Below are positions 52,112-63,686 of a stretch of DNA of 64,000 bases, piece by piece. How positions within the stretch are numbered: position 1 is the first letter of the stretch; each line of letters begins with the position of its first letter. The translations under genes and the position numbers were made by a program. Source of the stretch: an uncultured Chloroflexia bacterium (GTDB taxonomy: Bacteria; Chloroflexota; Anaerolineae; CG2-30-64-16); the NCBI GenBank assembly GCA_963810095.1, contig CAWEMM010000008.1, forward strand, positions 96,001-160,000. Direction: 5' to 3'. Below the pieces are notes generated by a model. It was given only the letters and a program-made list of their open reading frames with translations, searched no databases and was not told the origin of the DNA.

Positions 52112-52802
52112 ATGCCCGCAGCCGGTACCCAACGCCAGGCTCGTTCAGGATGTACCGGGGCATCGCGGGTTCCGCCTCGATCTTGCGCCGGAGGTTGCTG
52201 ATGTTGACGCGCAGCAGGTGCGACTCCGATTCGGACGTCGGCCCCCACACCTCCCGCAGCAACTGTCGCTGGGTAAGCACCTTTCCGGCATGGGTGATCA
52301 GCACACGCAAGAGGTCGTACTCGGTCGGCGTCAGCTGCACTGCTTGTCCGGCAATGGTCACGAGCCGCCGCGACAAATCGACGGCCAACTCGCCGGAACT
52401 GAGTGTTGCGTTCGCAATCTCTGGCGTCCGGTGGCGTACCGCAACCCGCAGTCTTGCCAGCAGCTCGCCGACGCCGAAAGGCTTTGTCAGGTAATCATCG
52501 GCTCCCGCGTCAAGGGCACGGATCTTCTCTGCCTCGTCGTTACGGACGGATAGGACAAGGACCGGCGTCGTGCTCCACTCGCGCAGCCGTGTCGTAACCT
52601 CGACGCCGTCGACGTCGGGCAGACCGAGGTCAAGGATTACGATGTCAGGCCTGGTGACCAGGACGGCGTTGACTGCTTCCGCGCCAGTCGTCGCCTCGAA
52701 GACCGTGTAGCCATGGGCCGAGAGGGACGCGCGCAGAAAGCGGCGAATGGGCCTTTCGTCGTCAACGATGAGCACGCGCAGCTGGTCAAGTTCATTCGAC
52801 AA
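52107..52802 (-). CDS. kdpE: KdpE-like response regulator (copy 1)
   Basis: DDERPIRRFL, LDLGLPD, DDYLTKPF, LTPTEY, EPGVGYRL. Confidence 0.88.
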   Translation of the reverse strand: MSNELDQLRVLIVDDERPIRRFLRASLSAHGYTVFEATTGAEAVNAVLVTRPDIVILDLGLPDVDGVEVTTRLREWSTTPVLVLSVRNDEAEKIRALDAGADDYLTKPFGVGELLARLRVAVRHRTPEIANATLSSGELAVDLSRRLVTIAGQAVQLTPTEYDLLRVLITHAGKVLTQRQLLREVWGPTSESESHLLRVNISNLRRKIEAEPAMPRYILNEPGVGYRLRAS

Positions 52803-54738
52803 GGTAGGGCACGTCCGTTATCACGATCTCGGGCCGCGTCAACAGCGCGAGCCGGAGCCATGTCGCGGTCTGGGCGTGCAGCAGATTTGCCCACCAATGA
52901 CGAGACACGAATTGCGGCACGACAACCGTGATCTTATCGCCCGGCTGCCGAACCGCGTCGAGCTCGGTGATATAGGCGAGCAACGGCTCCAGAAGCATGC
53001 GATAGGGCGACTCAAGGATTTCCAGACGCACCCCATCCCCGTACAGCTCCCACTTATGGCGCACCCTTTCGGCTTCCGCAGCGTCCATGCTCACGTGTAC
53101 GGCCGTGACGTCCGTACCGAGAAGCTCGGCGTAGCGCAGCGCGGCCAGCGTTCCCTGGTGCACACCGCTGATCGGCATGATCACCCGGTGACGCCGCGCG
53201 GGGAGCTCGGGCTGGTAGTCGTCCAGCGACAAAGTGTGTGCAACCGTCTTGTAATGATGATGGATCTGGAAGAAGATGAACACCATTACGGGGACGAGCA
53301 AGACGATGATCCATGCCCCGTCGTGGAATTTGGTCGACGCGAACACGATCATCACGACGAACGTCATCACGGCGCCCACGCCGTTGATCAGGAGTTTAGC
53401 CTGCCAACCCTTTTCGTAGCGCAACGTCGAGCCGGGGTCTACGATCTCCTCGCCGGGTTTCAGATGGCCGACCCGCCACCAGCGCTTCGCCATGCCGCTT
53501 TGGGACAGCGTGAAGGACAGAAACACGCCGATGGCGTAGAGGGGAATCAGCCGGCTGACGCTGGCCTGGAACGCGATAATCAGGAGCGACGCGATGAGGC
53601 CCAGTGCCATGATGCCGCGCGAGAAGACCAGCCGGCTGCCCTTGTAGGTAAGTTGCCGCGGCAGGAAGCCGTCGCCCGCATGGAGGGCCGCCAGGCGGGG
53701 GAAGTCGGCAAACGCCGTGTTGGCTGCCATGATCAGGATTAAGGTCGTGGATGCGATGACGGCCAGGTAAAGGGCTTGACCGCTCAAGGCAGTGCGCGCA
53801 AGCTGCGAAATGACGGTTTCGCCCGTCTCCGTCGGCACCGCGCCGATCTGGCGGGCGAGAAAGGTGATCGCGAGCATCAGCGAGCCCAAGATGACGGACA
53901 TGACCAGCAGCGTACGGCCGGCGTTGTGGCTTCTGGGCTCCTTGAAGGCCGTGATGCCGTTCGAAATGGCCTCAACTCCGGTAACAGCGCTTGTGCCGCT
54001 GGCAAACGCGCGCAACACCAGGAACAGTGTTAGCGGCAGGACCCCTTCTGCTGCCATTGTCGGTGGATTGCTGACCATCGGCAGCGTGCCGGTAAAGTGC
54101 TTGAACAGGCCAATGCCCACGGTCAGGAAGGCCATCAAGAGGAAGAAGTAGGTGGGCACGGCGAAGATCCGCCCCGATTCCTTCACCCCCCGCAGGTTGA
54201 TCACAGTGACCACCGCGACCATAGCGACCGACAGTTCGACGCGGTAGTTGTACAGTCCGGGGAAGGCGGAGACGATTTGGGCCACCCCGGACGAAATCGA
54301 CACCGCGACCGTCAGGATGTAGTCGGTTAGCAGCGCTGCGCCCGCGGTCTGCGCGGGCAACTCGCCGAGGTTGTCACGCGCGACGATGTACGCGCCACCG
54401 CCGCCAGGGTAGGCGTGAATTGTCTGCTCGTAGGACAGCGTCAGTATGGTGAGCAGGACGCAGATGCCAATCGCGAGCGGCACGGCGAGCGCAAGCGCGC
54501 CCGCACCTGCCAGCGCCAGGATCAGCATGAGTTCCTGGGGTGCGTAGGCCACCGACGACATCGCATCCGAGGAGAAGACGGCCAGCCCGATCACCTTGTT
54601 GATGGCCTGGTGGGGCGCATCGGCTGTCGCCAACGGCCTTCCGATCAGCCACGTTCGCCACGATCGAGCGGGACGATATTCCGGCATCCGCTGTAATATG
54701 CCGATGTGCTCCGCACCGGCGCTCTCCACAATCTGCAT
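52792..54738 (-). CDS. APC-family permease, KimA-like (copy 2)
   Basis: Same motifs as 50021-51961. Confidence 0.85.
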   Translation of the reverse strand: MQIVESAGAEHIGILQRMPEYRPARSWRTWLIGRPLATADAPHQAINKVIGLAVFSSDAMSSVAYAPQELMLILALAGAGALALAVPLAIGICVLLTILTLSYEQTIHAYPGGGGAYIVARDNLGELPAQTAGAALLTDYILTVAVSISSGVAQIVSAFPGLYNYRVELSVAMVAVVTVINLRGVKESGRIFAVPTYFFLLMAFLTVGIGLFKHFTGTLPMVSNPPTMAAEGVLPLTLFLVLRAFASGTSAVTGVEAISNGITAFKEPRSHNAGRTLLVMSVILGSLMLAITFLARQIGAVPTETGETVISQLARTALSGQALYLAVIASTTLILIMAANTAFADFPRLAALHAGDGFLPRQLTYKGSRLVFSRGIMALGLIASLLIIAFQASVSRLIPLYAIGVFLSFTLSQSGMAKRWWRVGHLKPGEEIVDPGSTLRYEKGWQAKLLINGVGAVMTFVVMIVFASTKFHDGAWIIVLLVPVMVFIFFQIHHHYKTVAHTLSLDDYQPELPARRHRVIMPISGVHQGTLAALRYAELLGTDVTAVHVSMDAAEAERVRHKWELYGDGVRLEILESPYRMLLEPLLAYITELDAVRQPGDKITVVVPQFVSRHWWANLLHAQTATWLRLALLTRPEIVITDVPYLVE

Positions 54739-54826
54739 CTCGTTCTCCAGGCAAAGCTATGGCGCAACGCCACGTTGTCACATGCGGCACTGCGCCCTCA
54801 CGCAACAGAGCATACAGCGCCTGCGC

Positions 54827-54967
54827 GTCAAAGGGACGAAAAGAAACGCAGCAGGAAGGTCAAGGTTGCGTCAAGGTGCACGAGCAATACAGGCACCGTG
54901 CCGGCGGCGAATCTCCGGCTTGACCTGTTCTTGACCCGCGGCGACTCCTTCTTGTCCCCTCCGTGAC
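54827..54967. promoter_or_regulatory. Divergent control region with mirrored GTCAAG/CTTGAC repeats
   Basis: GTCAAG at 54859 and 54870 (toward APC); CTTGAC at 54919 and 54930, CTTGTC at 54951, CGTGAC at 54962 (toward kdp). Confidence 0.6.
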
Positions 54968-55080
54968 CTGATTTGTCCTACAGTAAGTCTCGAAAGGCAC
55001 CGACCCGCGGCACTGGCGCTGGACGCCAGGCGCCGTGAAGGTAGGCGCCGTCCAACCGACGAGGAGAGGAAAGAGTAGCG

Positions 55081-55167
55081 ATGGCGGACATTCTCTATCT
55101 GGCAATTGGTCTCGGTTTCTTCGGCCTCTGCGCGGCACTGGCCGGGCTCTTCAAGCGACTTATGTGA
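55081..55167 (+). CDS. 28-aa hydrophobic peptide upstream of kdpF
   Basis: [28 protein letters not shown] after a purine-rich RBS. Confidence 0.65.
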   Translation: MADILYLAIGLGFFGLCAALAGLFKRLM

Positions 55168-55178
55168 GGCTACGGACG

Positions 55179-55271
55179 ATGGATGCGACGTATGTACTCG
55201 CCGGGTTGGTCGCCTTGCTCTTGCTTGGGTACCTTGTGGCGACCCTGCTCAAACCGGAGTGGTTCGGATAA
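55179..55271 (+). CDS. kdpF: KdpF subunit
   Basis: ...[15 protein letters not shown]; stop codon overlaps the kdpA ATG. Confidence 0.85.
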   Translation: MDATYVLAGLVALLLLGYLVATLLKPEWFG

Positions 55272-56989
55272 TGTTTGAAACTTCGCTTCAACAAGACTGG
55301 CTGCAACTCGGGATTTTCATCGCGCTGCTGGTGCTACTGGTACGGCCGCTCGGTGCATACATGGCCCGGGTCTATCGCGGCGATCGCACGCTGCTCTCGG
55401 CCGTCTTCGGGCCACTTGAGCGCGGCCTGTACCGGGTCGCCGGCATCAGGTCGGACGCCGAGATGACGTGGCAGATGTACGCGGTGGCGGTGCTCCTGTT
55501 CAGCGCGGTGAGCTTCGCACTCCTATATGTACTGCTACGCGTTCAGCATCTGCTGCCGCTGAATCCGCAAGGTCTCGGCCCACTCTCGCCGGATCTGGCG
55601 TTCAACGCTGCTGCAAGCTTCGTGACCAACACGAACTGGCAGGCCTACGGCGGCGAGACGACGATGAGCTACCTCTCCCAGATGTTGGGGCTGACGGTGC
55701 AGAACTTCGTGTCAGCCGCAGCCGGCATGGCGGTGTTGGTCGCATTCATTCGCGGCCTGAGCCGCGAGAAGAGCCAGGGGCTCGGCAACTTCTGGGTCGA
55801 CCTCACGCGGACCGTGCTGTACATCCTGCTGCCGCTCGCGTTCGTGCTGGCTCTCGCGCTCGTCTCGCAAGGTGTCGTGCAGACGCTCGGCAACTACCAG
55901 CCGGTGACGGGGCTGCAACCCGGCTCCGGCCAATTGCTGCCCCTTGGACCGGCCGCGTCACAGGTCGCGATCAAGCAGCTCGGCACCAACGGGGGCGGCT
56001 TTTTCAACGTGAACTCGGCGCACCCGTTCGAGAACCCGACGCCGCTCAGCAACCAGCTCGAACTGCTGTCGATCCTGCTTATCCCGGCCGCGTTGACCTA
56101 CACGTTCGGCCGGATGATCGGCGACACGCGGCAAGGCTGGGCGCTGCTGGTGGTCATGGTCGTCGTATTCGTCGCAGTCGCCGGGGTGACGATCTGGGCG
56201 GAAGCCCGGCCGAACCCTGCCCTCACAGGGCTCCCGATCGATCAGTCGGCAGGGAACCTGGAGGGCAAAGACCTGCGCTTTGGCGCGGCAGGATCGGCGC
56301 TCTGGGCATCCGCGACGACCGCGGCGTCGAACGGGTCCGTCAACTCGATGCACGACTCGTTCACGCCGCTCGGGAGCCTCGGCCCCATGTGGCTGATGCA
56401 GCTCGGCGAGGTCATCTTTGGTGGCGTGGGCTCGGGCCTCTATGGCTTACTCGCGTTCGCCATTATCGCAGTATTCATCGCGGGGCTCATGGTGGGGCGT
56501 ACGCCTGAATACCTGGGCAAGAAGATCGAAGTGTTCGAGATGAAAATGGCCGCACTGATCGTGCTGATTCCGGTTGTCACGGTGCTGCTGGGGACGGCCG
56601 CCGCTGTGACGGCGCCGGCGGGCGTGGCAGGCATCTTCAACAAGGGGCCGCAAGGCTTTAGTGAAGCGCTCTACGCATTCTCGTCGGCCGGCAATAACAA
56701 CGGCAGTGCTTTTGCGGGGCTGGGAGCCAACTCCCCGTTCTATAACACGGCCCTGGGGATCGCGATGTTGATCGCGCGCTTCTGGCTCGTCGTGCCGACC
56801 TTGGCGATGGCCGGGAGCCTGGCTGCCAAGAAACGGGTGCCGGCGAGCGCGGGCACTCTGCCAACCCATTCGCCACTGTTCGTCAGTTGGCTGGTCGGCG
56901 TGGTGCTGTTGGTGGGCGCGCTGAGCTTCCTGCCTGCCCTGGCACTAGGACCGATCGTACAGGAGTTGATGCGGGGGAGGTTGTTCTGA
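55271..56989 (+). CDS. kdpA: K+-transporting ATPase subunit A
   Basis: [41 protein letters not shown]. Confidence 0.96.
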   Translation: MFETSLQQDWLQLGIFIALLVLLVRPLGAYMARVYRGDRTLLSAVFGPLERGLYRVAGIRSDAEMTWQMYAVAVLLFSAVSFALLYVLLRVQHLLPLNPQGLGPLSPDLAFNAAASFVTNTNWQAYGGETTMSYLSQMLGLTVQNFVSAAAGMAVLVAFIRGLSREKSQGLGNFWVDLTRTVLYILLPLAFVLALALVSQGVVQTLGNYQPVTGLQPGSGQLLPLGPAASQVAIKQLGTNGGGFFNVNSAHPFENPTPLSNQLELLSILLIPAALTYTFGRMIGDTRQGWALLVVMVVVFVAVAGVTIWAEARPNPALTGLPIDQSAGNLEGKDLRFGAAGSALWASATTAASNGSVNSMHDSFTPLGSLGPMWLMQLGEVIFGGVGSGLYGLLAFAIIAVFIAGLMVGRTPEYLGKKIEVFEMKMAALIVLIPVVTVLLGTAAAVTAPAGVAGIFNKGPQGFSEALYAFSSAGNNNGSAFAGLGANSPFYNTALGIAMLIARFWLVVPTLAMAGSLAAKKRVPASAGTLPTHSPLFVSWLVGVVLLVGALSFLPALALGPIVQELMRGRLF

Positions 56990-59131
56990 TGTCGGTCGAG
57001 TTGAGAAACGATGCGGCGACTTTGCGCAGGCGGCTTTATCGCCGGGCCTTTCTGGAGAGCTTCGTTAAGCTTGATCCGCGGCGCCAAGTGAAGAACCCGG
57101 TCATGTTCGTGACCGAGGTGGGGGCGCTCTGCGTAACGGTGTTAGCCGTTCAGGCCATCGCCTCCAGCGCAAACCTCGTGGCTTTCACGATCGGGATTGC
57201 CGGCTGGCTCTGGCTAACCGTGCTGTTTGCGAACTTCTCGGAGGCTCTCGCGGAGGGCCGCGGCAAGGCCCAGGCAGAGGCCTTGCGGAAGACGCGCCGG
57301 GATACCCAGGCCCGCAAGATCGTACCCCCGGCCCGGGGTGGGTCGGGGCATGGTGCAAACCGCCGGGTAGAGGTCGCTCCGTCGACCTCCCTCCGGCAGG
57401 GCGACCTTTACCTCGTCGAAACGGGCGACGTGCTGCCGGCCGACGGCGAAATCGTGGAAGGCATCGCTTCCGTGGACGAGAGCGCGGTGACGGGTGAAAG
57501 CGCGCCGGTGGTGCGCGAGGCAGGCGGCGACCGCAGCGCGGTCACGGGCGGAACCCGGCTGTTGTCGGACTGGCTCGTCGTGCGCGTAACGGCGGAGCCC
57601 GGCCACGGCTTTCTCGAGCGAATGATCGCGATGGTGGAAGGTGCGAAGCGCCAGCGGACGCCTAACGAGATCGCCTTGAGCATCCTGTTATCGAGCTTCA
57701 CGATCATGTTCCTGGTCATCTGCGCGACTTTGCTCCCCTTCTCAATCTACAGCGTGCAGGCGGCGGGCCAGGGTGCGCCTTTGTCGATCACCGTGCTCGT
57801 TGCGCTGCTCGTGTGCCTCATCCCGACGACCATCGGCGGGCTACTGTCAGCTATTGGCATTGCCGGCATGGACCGCATGATCCGGCGGAACGTCGTTGCC
57901 ACGTCGGGGCGGGCAGTCGAAGCCGCGGGCGACGTGGACGTCCTGCTCTTGGACAAGACGGGGACGATCACCTTGGGCAACCGGCAGGCGGTCGAGTTCG
58001 TCCCGGTTGCCGGGACAGCGGTCCGTGACCTGGCGGAGGCTGCGCAACTCGCTTCACTCGCCGACGAGACGCCGGAGGGTCGCAGCATCGTCGTGCTGGC
58101 GAAGGAGAAGTACGGCCTGCGGGCACGCACGCTGGGATCGAGCGACGGAGCGCCGGATTCGCATTCGCATGAGATGGAGTTCATCCCCTTCACCGCGCAG
58201 ACCCGCATGAGCGGGGTCGATATTCCGGCCAATGGGCGGGCCGCGGCGACAACCGCATACCGCAAGGGCGCGCCGGATGCCATCATCAACCTGGTCGAGG
58301 CTGCAGGCAACTCGACGCCACCCGACTTGCGCGGCGGCAGTGGAAGCTATTGCGCGCTCGGGCGGTACGCCGCTGGTCGTCAGCCAGGACGGCTGCGCGC
58401 TGGGGGTGGTGCACCTGAAGGACATCGTCAAGGGTGGGATCAAAGAGCGCTTCGAGCAACTGCGCCGGATGGGCATTAAGACGGTGATGATCACGGGCGA
58501 TAACCCGCTGACCGCGGCCGCGATTGCGGCGGAGGCCGGGGTCGACGACTTCCTGGCGCAGGCGACTCCCGAGACAAAGCTGAAGTTGATCCGCGAGTAC
58601 CAGGCCGGTGGGCGGCTGGTCGCCATGACGGGGGATGGGACGAACGACGCACCTGCGCTCGCCCAGGCCGACGTCGCTGTGGCGATGAATACCGGCACGC
58701 AGCCCGCCCGCGAGGCTGCCAATATGGTCGACCTGGACTCGAACCCGACGAAGCTGATCGAAATCGTCGAGATCGGCAAGCAGTTGCTGATGACGCGCGG
58801 CGCGCTGACGACGTTCAGCATCGCCAACGATGTGAGCAAATACTTCGCCATCATCCCGGCCGCGTTTGCCGCGATCTACCCGGAGTTGGGCGTGCTCAAC
58901 TTCATGCACCTGGCTACGCCGCAGAGTGCGATCCTGTCGGCGGTTATTTTCAACGCGCTGATTATCGTCCTGCTGGTGCCGCTGGCCTTGCGCGGCGTGC
59001 CCTACCGGGCGCTGCCGGCCAGCCAACTGCTCCGAAACAATCTCTTGATCTACGGCCTGGGCGGGCTGATCGCGCCCTTCATCGGGATTAAGCTGATCGA
59101 CATGCTCCTGGTTGCCCTTCGGGCGGCGTAA
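56989..59131 (+). CDS. kdpB: K+-transporting ATPase subunit B (frameshift near 58330)
   Basis: [37 protein letters not shown]. Confidence 0.95.
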
Positions 59132-59166
59132 TCGCCGAAGCATGACACGCCGAGTAGGAGTTTCGA

Positions 59167-59373
59167 ATGAGAAGAATTGACGAGATGCGAAGATCTGGCC
59201 CAGCCCGGAGCTGGCTCCCGCTATACGTGGCGTTTGCGGTCGTACTGGGTATGCTGTGGCTAGAGCGACATGCGTCACTGACGCCGACAGACCACACGAT
59301 CGCATTACTCACCGTCCTGGCGATCTTCTTCGTCGTGACGTGGCTGTGGCTCGGGACGGAGGAGCGAAGATGA
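59167..59373 (+). CDS. Small 2-TM membrane protein between kdpB and kdpC
   Basis: AGGAG RBS; two hydrophobic helices; ATGA overlap with kdpC. Confidence 0.6.
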   Translation: MRRIDEMRRSGPARSWLPLYVAFAVVLGMLWLERHASLTPTDHTIALLTVLAIFFVVTWLWLGTEERR

Positions 59374-59981
59374 CTTTGAGAGCCCAAGTGCGTCCGGCGT
59401 TAGTGACCTTCGCACTGCTGTCGCTGTTGACCGGGTTGATCTATCCTCTCGTCGTGACAGGGGTGGCGCAGGTCGCGCTGCCTGGCCGGGCCAACGGCAG
59501 CCTGGTCAGGGGCGTCGACGACGGCTACATCGGCTCCAGCTTGATCGGTCAGAACTTCACCGATGCCAAGTACTTCTGGGGCCGGCCATCGGCTACGGCG
59601 GGCGCGCCGTACACGCCCTACGACGCCAAGGCGCTCACCGGGTCGAGCGGCTCGAACTTGGGACCGCTCTCCGCCGACCTGCGTACGGCGGTCGAGGATC
59701 GGATCGCGGCGTTACGCGCCGCAGACCCTGGGAACACCGCCGACATCCCGGCCGACCTGGTGACCGCCTCGGCCAGTGGGCTCGACCCAAGCATCAGCAT
59801 CGGGGCCGCACTCTACCAGGCGCCGCGTGTAGCGCGTGTGCGTGGCATCGAAGAGGCGATCGTGCGCGGGCTGATCGACAAGCACGCAGAGAGCCGGTGG
59901 CTGGGCGTCTTCGGCGAGCCGCGCGTGAATGTACTGGCCCTGAACCAGGCATTGGACAGCCTGCAGCAAGGTGTACAATGA
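59370..59981 (+). CDS. kdpC: K+-transporting ATPase subunit C
   Basis: ANGSL, YFWGRPSA, TASASGLDP, VNVLALN. Confidence 0.95.
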   Translation: MTLRAQVRPALVTFALLSLLTGLIYPLVVTGVAQVALPGRANGSLVRGVDDGYIGSSLIGQNFTDAKYFWGRPSATAGAPYTPYDAKALTGSSGSNLGPLSADLRTAVEDRIAALRAADPGNTADIPADLVTASASGLDPSISIGAALYQAPRVARVRGIEEAIVRGLIDKHAESRWLGVFGEPRVNVLALNQALDSLQQGVQ

Positions 59982-59985
59982 GGTC

Positions 59986-62648
59986 ATGATCGAGCGACCG
60001 GATCCTGATGCATTGCTGAAGCGTGTGCAAGCCGAGGAAGAGCGTGCGGGTCGTGGTCGACTGAAGATCTTCCTCGGCTACGCTGCAGGCGTCGGCAAGA
60101 CTTTCGCCATGCTCGAGGCGGCACACCAGCGCAAGGCCGAAAGCGTCGACGTCGTGGTGGGATACATCGAAACCCACGGCCGCGCCGAGACCGAAACGAT
60201 GCTCGCAGGACTCGAGGTGCTGCCTCGGCAGCAGGTGTCATACCGAGGCGTTACCCTCCCCGAACTCGACGTCGACGCGCTGCTCGCACGCCACCCGCAA
60301 CTCGCGCTCATCGACGAGCTGGCGCACACCAACGCCGAGGGCGTCCGGCATCTGAAACGCTACCAGGATGTGGAGGAGCTCCTGGCGGCGGGCATTGACG
60401 TCTATACGACCCTCAATGTGCAGCACCTGGAAAGCCTGAACGACGTCGTCGCCCAGATCACAGGGACACGCCAACGCGAGACCGTGCCTGACCGGGTGTT
60501 GGACGAGGCCGCCGAGATCGAGATGGTGGACCTCCCGCCCGACGAGTTGCTCCGGCGCCTGCGTGAGGGCAAGGTCTACGTGCCGGATCAGGCCAGCCGG
60601 GCTATCGAGCAGTTCTTCCGCAAGGGCAACCTGACGGCCCTGCGCGAAATGGCGCTGCGTCGGGCTGCGGAACGCGTCGACGATCAGATGCGCAGCGTAC
60701 ATGCAGACGCGCGCGATCCCTGGGCCGTGGCACGCCAGCGAGCGCATCCTGGTCTGCGTGAGCGCCAGCCCTTCATCCGAGCGGCTAATCCGTTCCGCGA
60801 GGCGTCTGGCGGATGAGCTAAAGGCACCCTGGTACGCCTTGCACTTCCAGTCCGCAAGGCGACCGGATTTGCGCGAGACGGATCGCGAGCGCGTCACCGC
60901 GCACCTGCAACTGGCCGAATCGCTCGGCGCCGAGGCCGCGACGTTGACGGGCGAATCCTTTGCGGACACAGTGCTCGACTTTGCCGTCACGCATAACGTC
61001 ACCAAGATCGTTATTGGGGCCTGGGTTCGTTCGCGCTGGCTCGACGCACTTCGTGGCTCAGTTGTCGAGGACCTGGTGCACAAGAGCGGCGATATCGACG
61101 TCTACATCATCAGCGACACGCCCTCGCCAGCCCCCCAACTGGCGCCTGTGCATCACCCCCGCGTCCAGCTCGCTTGGCGCGGGTATGCGTGGAGCGCCGG
61201 CCTGGTCGCGCTTGCAACGCTATTCGGCCTGGCGCTGCGCGGCCGGGTTGAGCCGACCAACCTGGTCATGCCCTACCTGGCCGTCGTCCTCCTTGCCGCC
61301 CTCTACCTGGGCCGCGCGCCCGCGGTGCTGAGCGCGCGTCCTGGGCGTGCTGGCCTTTGATTTCTTCCTCGTGCCGCCCTATTTCACGTTTGCGGTTAGC
61401 GATACGCAGTACGTGCTGACGTTCTTTGGCCTGGGTCTCCTCGGGCTGATCGTCAGCGACCTGGCGGCCCGGGCGCGCGACCAGGCGGTGGCCGCGATCC
61501 GCCGCGAGGCCCAAACTGCCGCGCTGTACGACTTGAGCCGCGAACTGACCTCCGCCACAGACCTGCAGGGAATCGTAAACGTAGTGATTGCGCAGGTCGA
61601 GCGCGTGTTCGAGCGCGGCGCCGTGGTTTTCCTGCCTCAGGGCGAGATGCTCGAGCCATTTGCGGGCGCGGGGATCGCGGAAGCGAGCGAACACGATCTG
61701 GCGGTAGCCACGTGGGCCTTCGAGCACGGTCAGCCTGCCGGCAGGGGGACCGACACGTTACCGGCTGCCGGCCTGCGCTGCCTGCCCATGCTCACCCCGC
61801 GGGGGGCCGTCGGGGTGCTGGGGATCCGGCCGGGGCCAGAAGAACGGATGCTGACGACAGATCAGCGCCGCACGCTCAATTCCTTTGCGAACCAGGCAGC
61901 TCTCGCAGTGGAGCGCGAGCAGCTCCTCGAAAAGGCGCGCGCCGCCGAGTTGCTGCAGGCCACCGAGAAGCTGCAGCGCTCGCTGCTTGATTCGGTGTCC
62001 CACGAACTCCGCACCCCGCTCGTAACGATCACGGGCGCACTCAGCACGCTGGAGGAAGACGGCGCTCAGTTGGATAGGGCCACCCAGCACAGCCTGGTCG
62101 ACAGCCGCGCGCGAAGAAGCGGACCGTTTGAACCAGGTGGTCGCGAATCTCTTGAGCATGAGCCGGTTGGAAGCCGGGCGCGCTGCATCTGTTATTGGCC
62201 GGGCGCCGATGTGGAAGACCTGGTCGGCAGCGCACTGGACGCGCTGGGCCGGCGGATCAAGGGGCGAGAAATCGCTACGTGCTTACCGACTGATCTACCC
62301 ATGGTGCGAGTTGATTTCGTCCTGATGGTCCAGGTCTTCGTCAACCTGTTGGATAATGCGCTAAAATACTCGCGAGCCGACCAGCCAATCAGCATCGAGG
62401 CCGTCCGGGAGGGCCATGTCGTGAAGGTGGCTGTGGCCGACCACGGCCCCGGCATCCCGGCGACGGACATCGACCGCGTCTTCGACAAATTTTACCGGGT
62501 TCAGCATGCAGGAGTGGCCAGCGGGACAGGGCTGGGGCTGTCGATCTGTCGCGGCATAGTCGAGGCGCACGGCGGGCAGATTTGGGCGAAGCCAACCTCG
62601 GGCGGCGGGACCACGGTCACCCTGGCCCTGCCCATAGATAATTCGTAG
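59986..62648 (+). CDS. kdpD: Sensor kinase KdpD (frameshifts near 60700, 61330 and 62100-62180)
   Basis: GYAAGVGKT, DELAHTN, USP domain, TM helices, GAF, SHELRTPL, GTGLGL. Confidence 0.93.
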
Positions 62649-62655
62649 CGATGCG

Positions 62656-63348
62656 ATGAGCGAGCCTGCCTTGCGAGTTCTGGTGATCGACGATGAGGCG
62701 TCCATCCGGCGCTTCCTGCGGACCGCGCTCACGACCCACGGCCACAAGGTATTCGAGGCGGGGACGGCGCAAGAGGGTATGGTTCGCATCATCGACGACC
62801 GCCCGGATCTTGTCATCCTCGACCTCGGTCTCCCAGATGGGGACGGCGTGGAGGTGACGCGCCGCGTGCGCGAGTGGAGCCAGGTGCCGATCATCATCCT
62901 TTCAGTCCGGGAGGCGGAGGCGGAGAAGGTCGGCGCACTTGACGCGGGTGCGGATGACTATCTGACCAAACCCTTCGGCCTGAGCGAACTCCTGGCCCGC
63001 ATGCGGGTGGCGATGCGACGCCAGGTCCGGGAGACCAGCGAGCCGGTCATCCGGGTGGGAGAGCTGACAGTCGACCTGGCGCGGCGTATGGTCACGGTTG
63101 GCGAGGCGCCGGTCAGCCTGACGCCAACTGAGTATGCACTGCTCCGAGTACTGGCCATGCATGCGGGACGCGTGCTGACACACAACCAACTCCTGCGCGA
63201 AGTCTGGGGGATGGGCTACGAAGACGATCTCCACATGTTGCGCGTGAACATGAGCAACCTGCGGCGCAAGATCGAGCCGGATTCGACGCGGCCGACTTAT
63301 ATTCAGACCGAGCCCGGTGTAGGGTACCGGCTAAGGGTGACCGACTAG
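62656..63348 (+). CDS. kdpE: Response regulator KdpE (copy 2)
   Basis: Receiver plus OmpR winged HTH, directly after kdpD. Confidence 0.93.
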   Translation: MSEPALRVLVIDDEASIRRFLRTALTTHGHKVFEAGTAQEGMVRIIDDRPDLVILDLGLPDGDGVEVTRRVREWSQVPIIILSVREAEAEKVGALDAGADDYLTKPFGLSELLARMRVAMRRQVRETSEPVIRVGELTVDLARRMVTVGEAPVSLTPTEYALLRVLAMHAGRVLTHNQLLREVWGMGYEDDLHMLRVNMSNLRRKIEPDSTRPTYIQTEPGVGYRLRVTD

Positions 63349-63686
63349 AGCATCATCATTGAATGACCTACGATGACATTGAGCTTCGCTAGATGATCCT
63401 GGTGATCGATCTGGCACCGGACGACAGAAATCCCTTCTGACGTATGTACGACGTTCGCTGTGAGATTGCTCTTGGTAAGATCGGGAATAAGACATCCAGC
63501 TTCCGAAGTAGTCGGCAAAACGGTGAGACTGGGCTGACGCTCCGCACTGGCTGCCCTGCGCATAGCGGTGTACAATGGAACCAAGCTGCTGGCTACAGTC
63601 AATAGCACTGCTGCGAGTCCATGCGTGCGGCCAGCCCGGCTCCGCGCTTGCGAATCTTCTAATAGCGAGGAGAGGTCTTCCTACAG

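Noticed and set aside
63350-63680. ORFs or ncRNA in the lower-GC gap after kdpE
   Set aside because: No convincing RBS, motif or structure; probably the promoter region of the MalT-like gene
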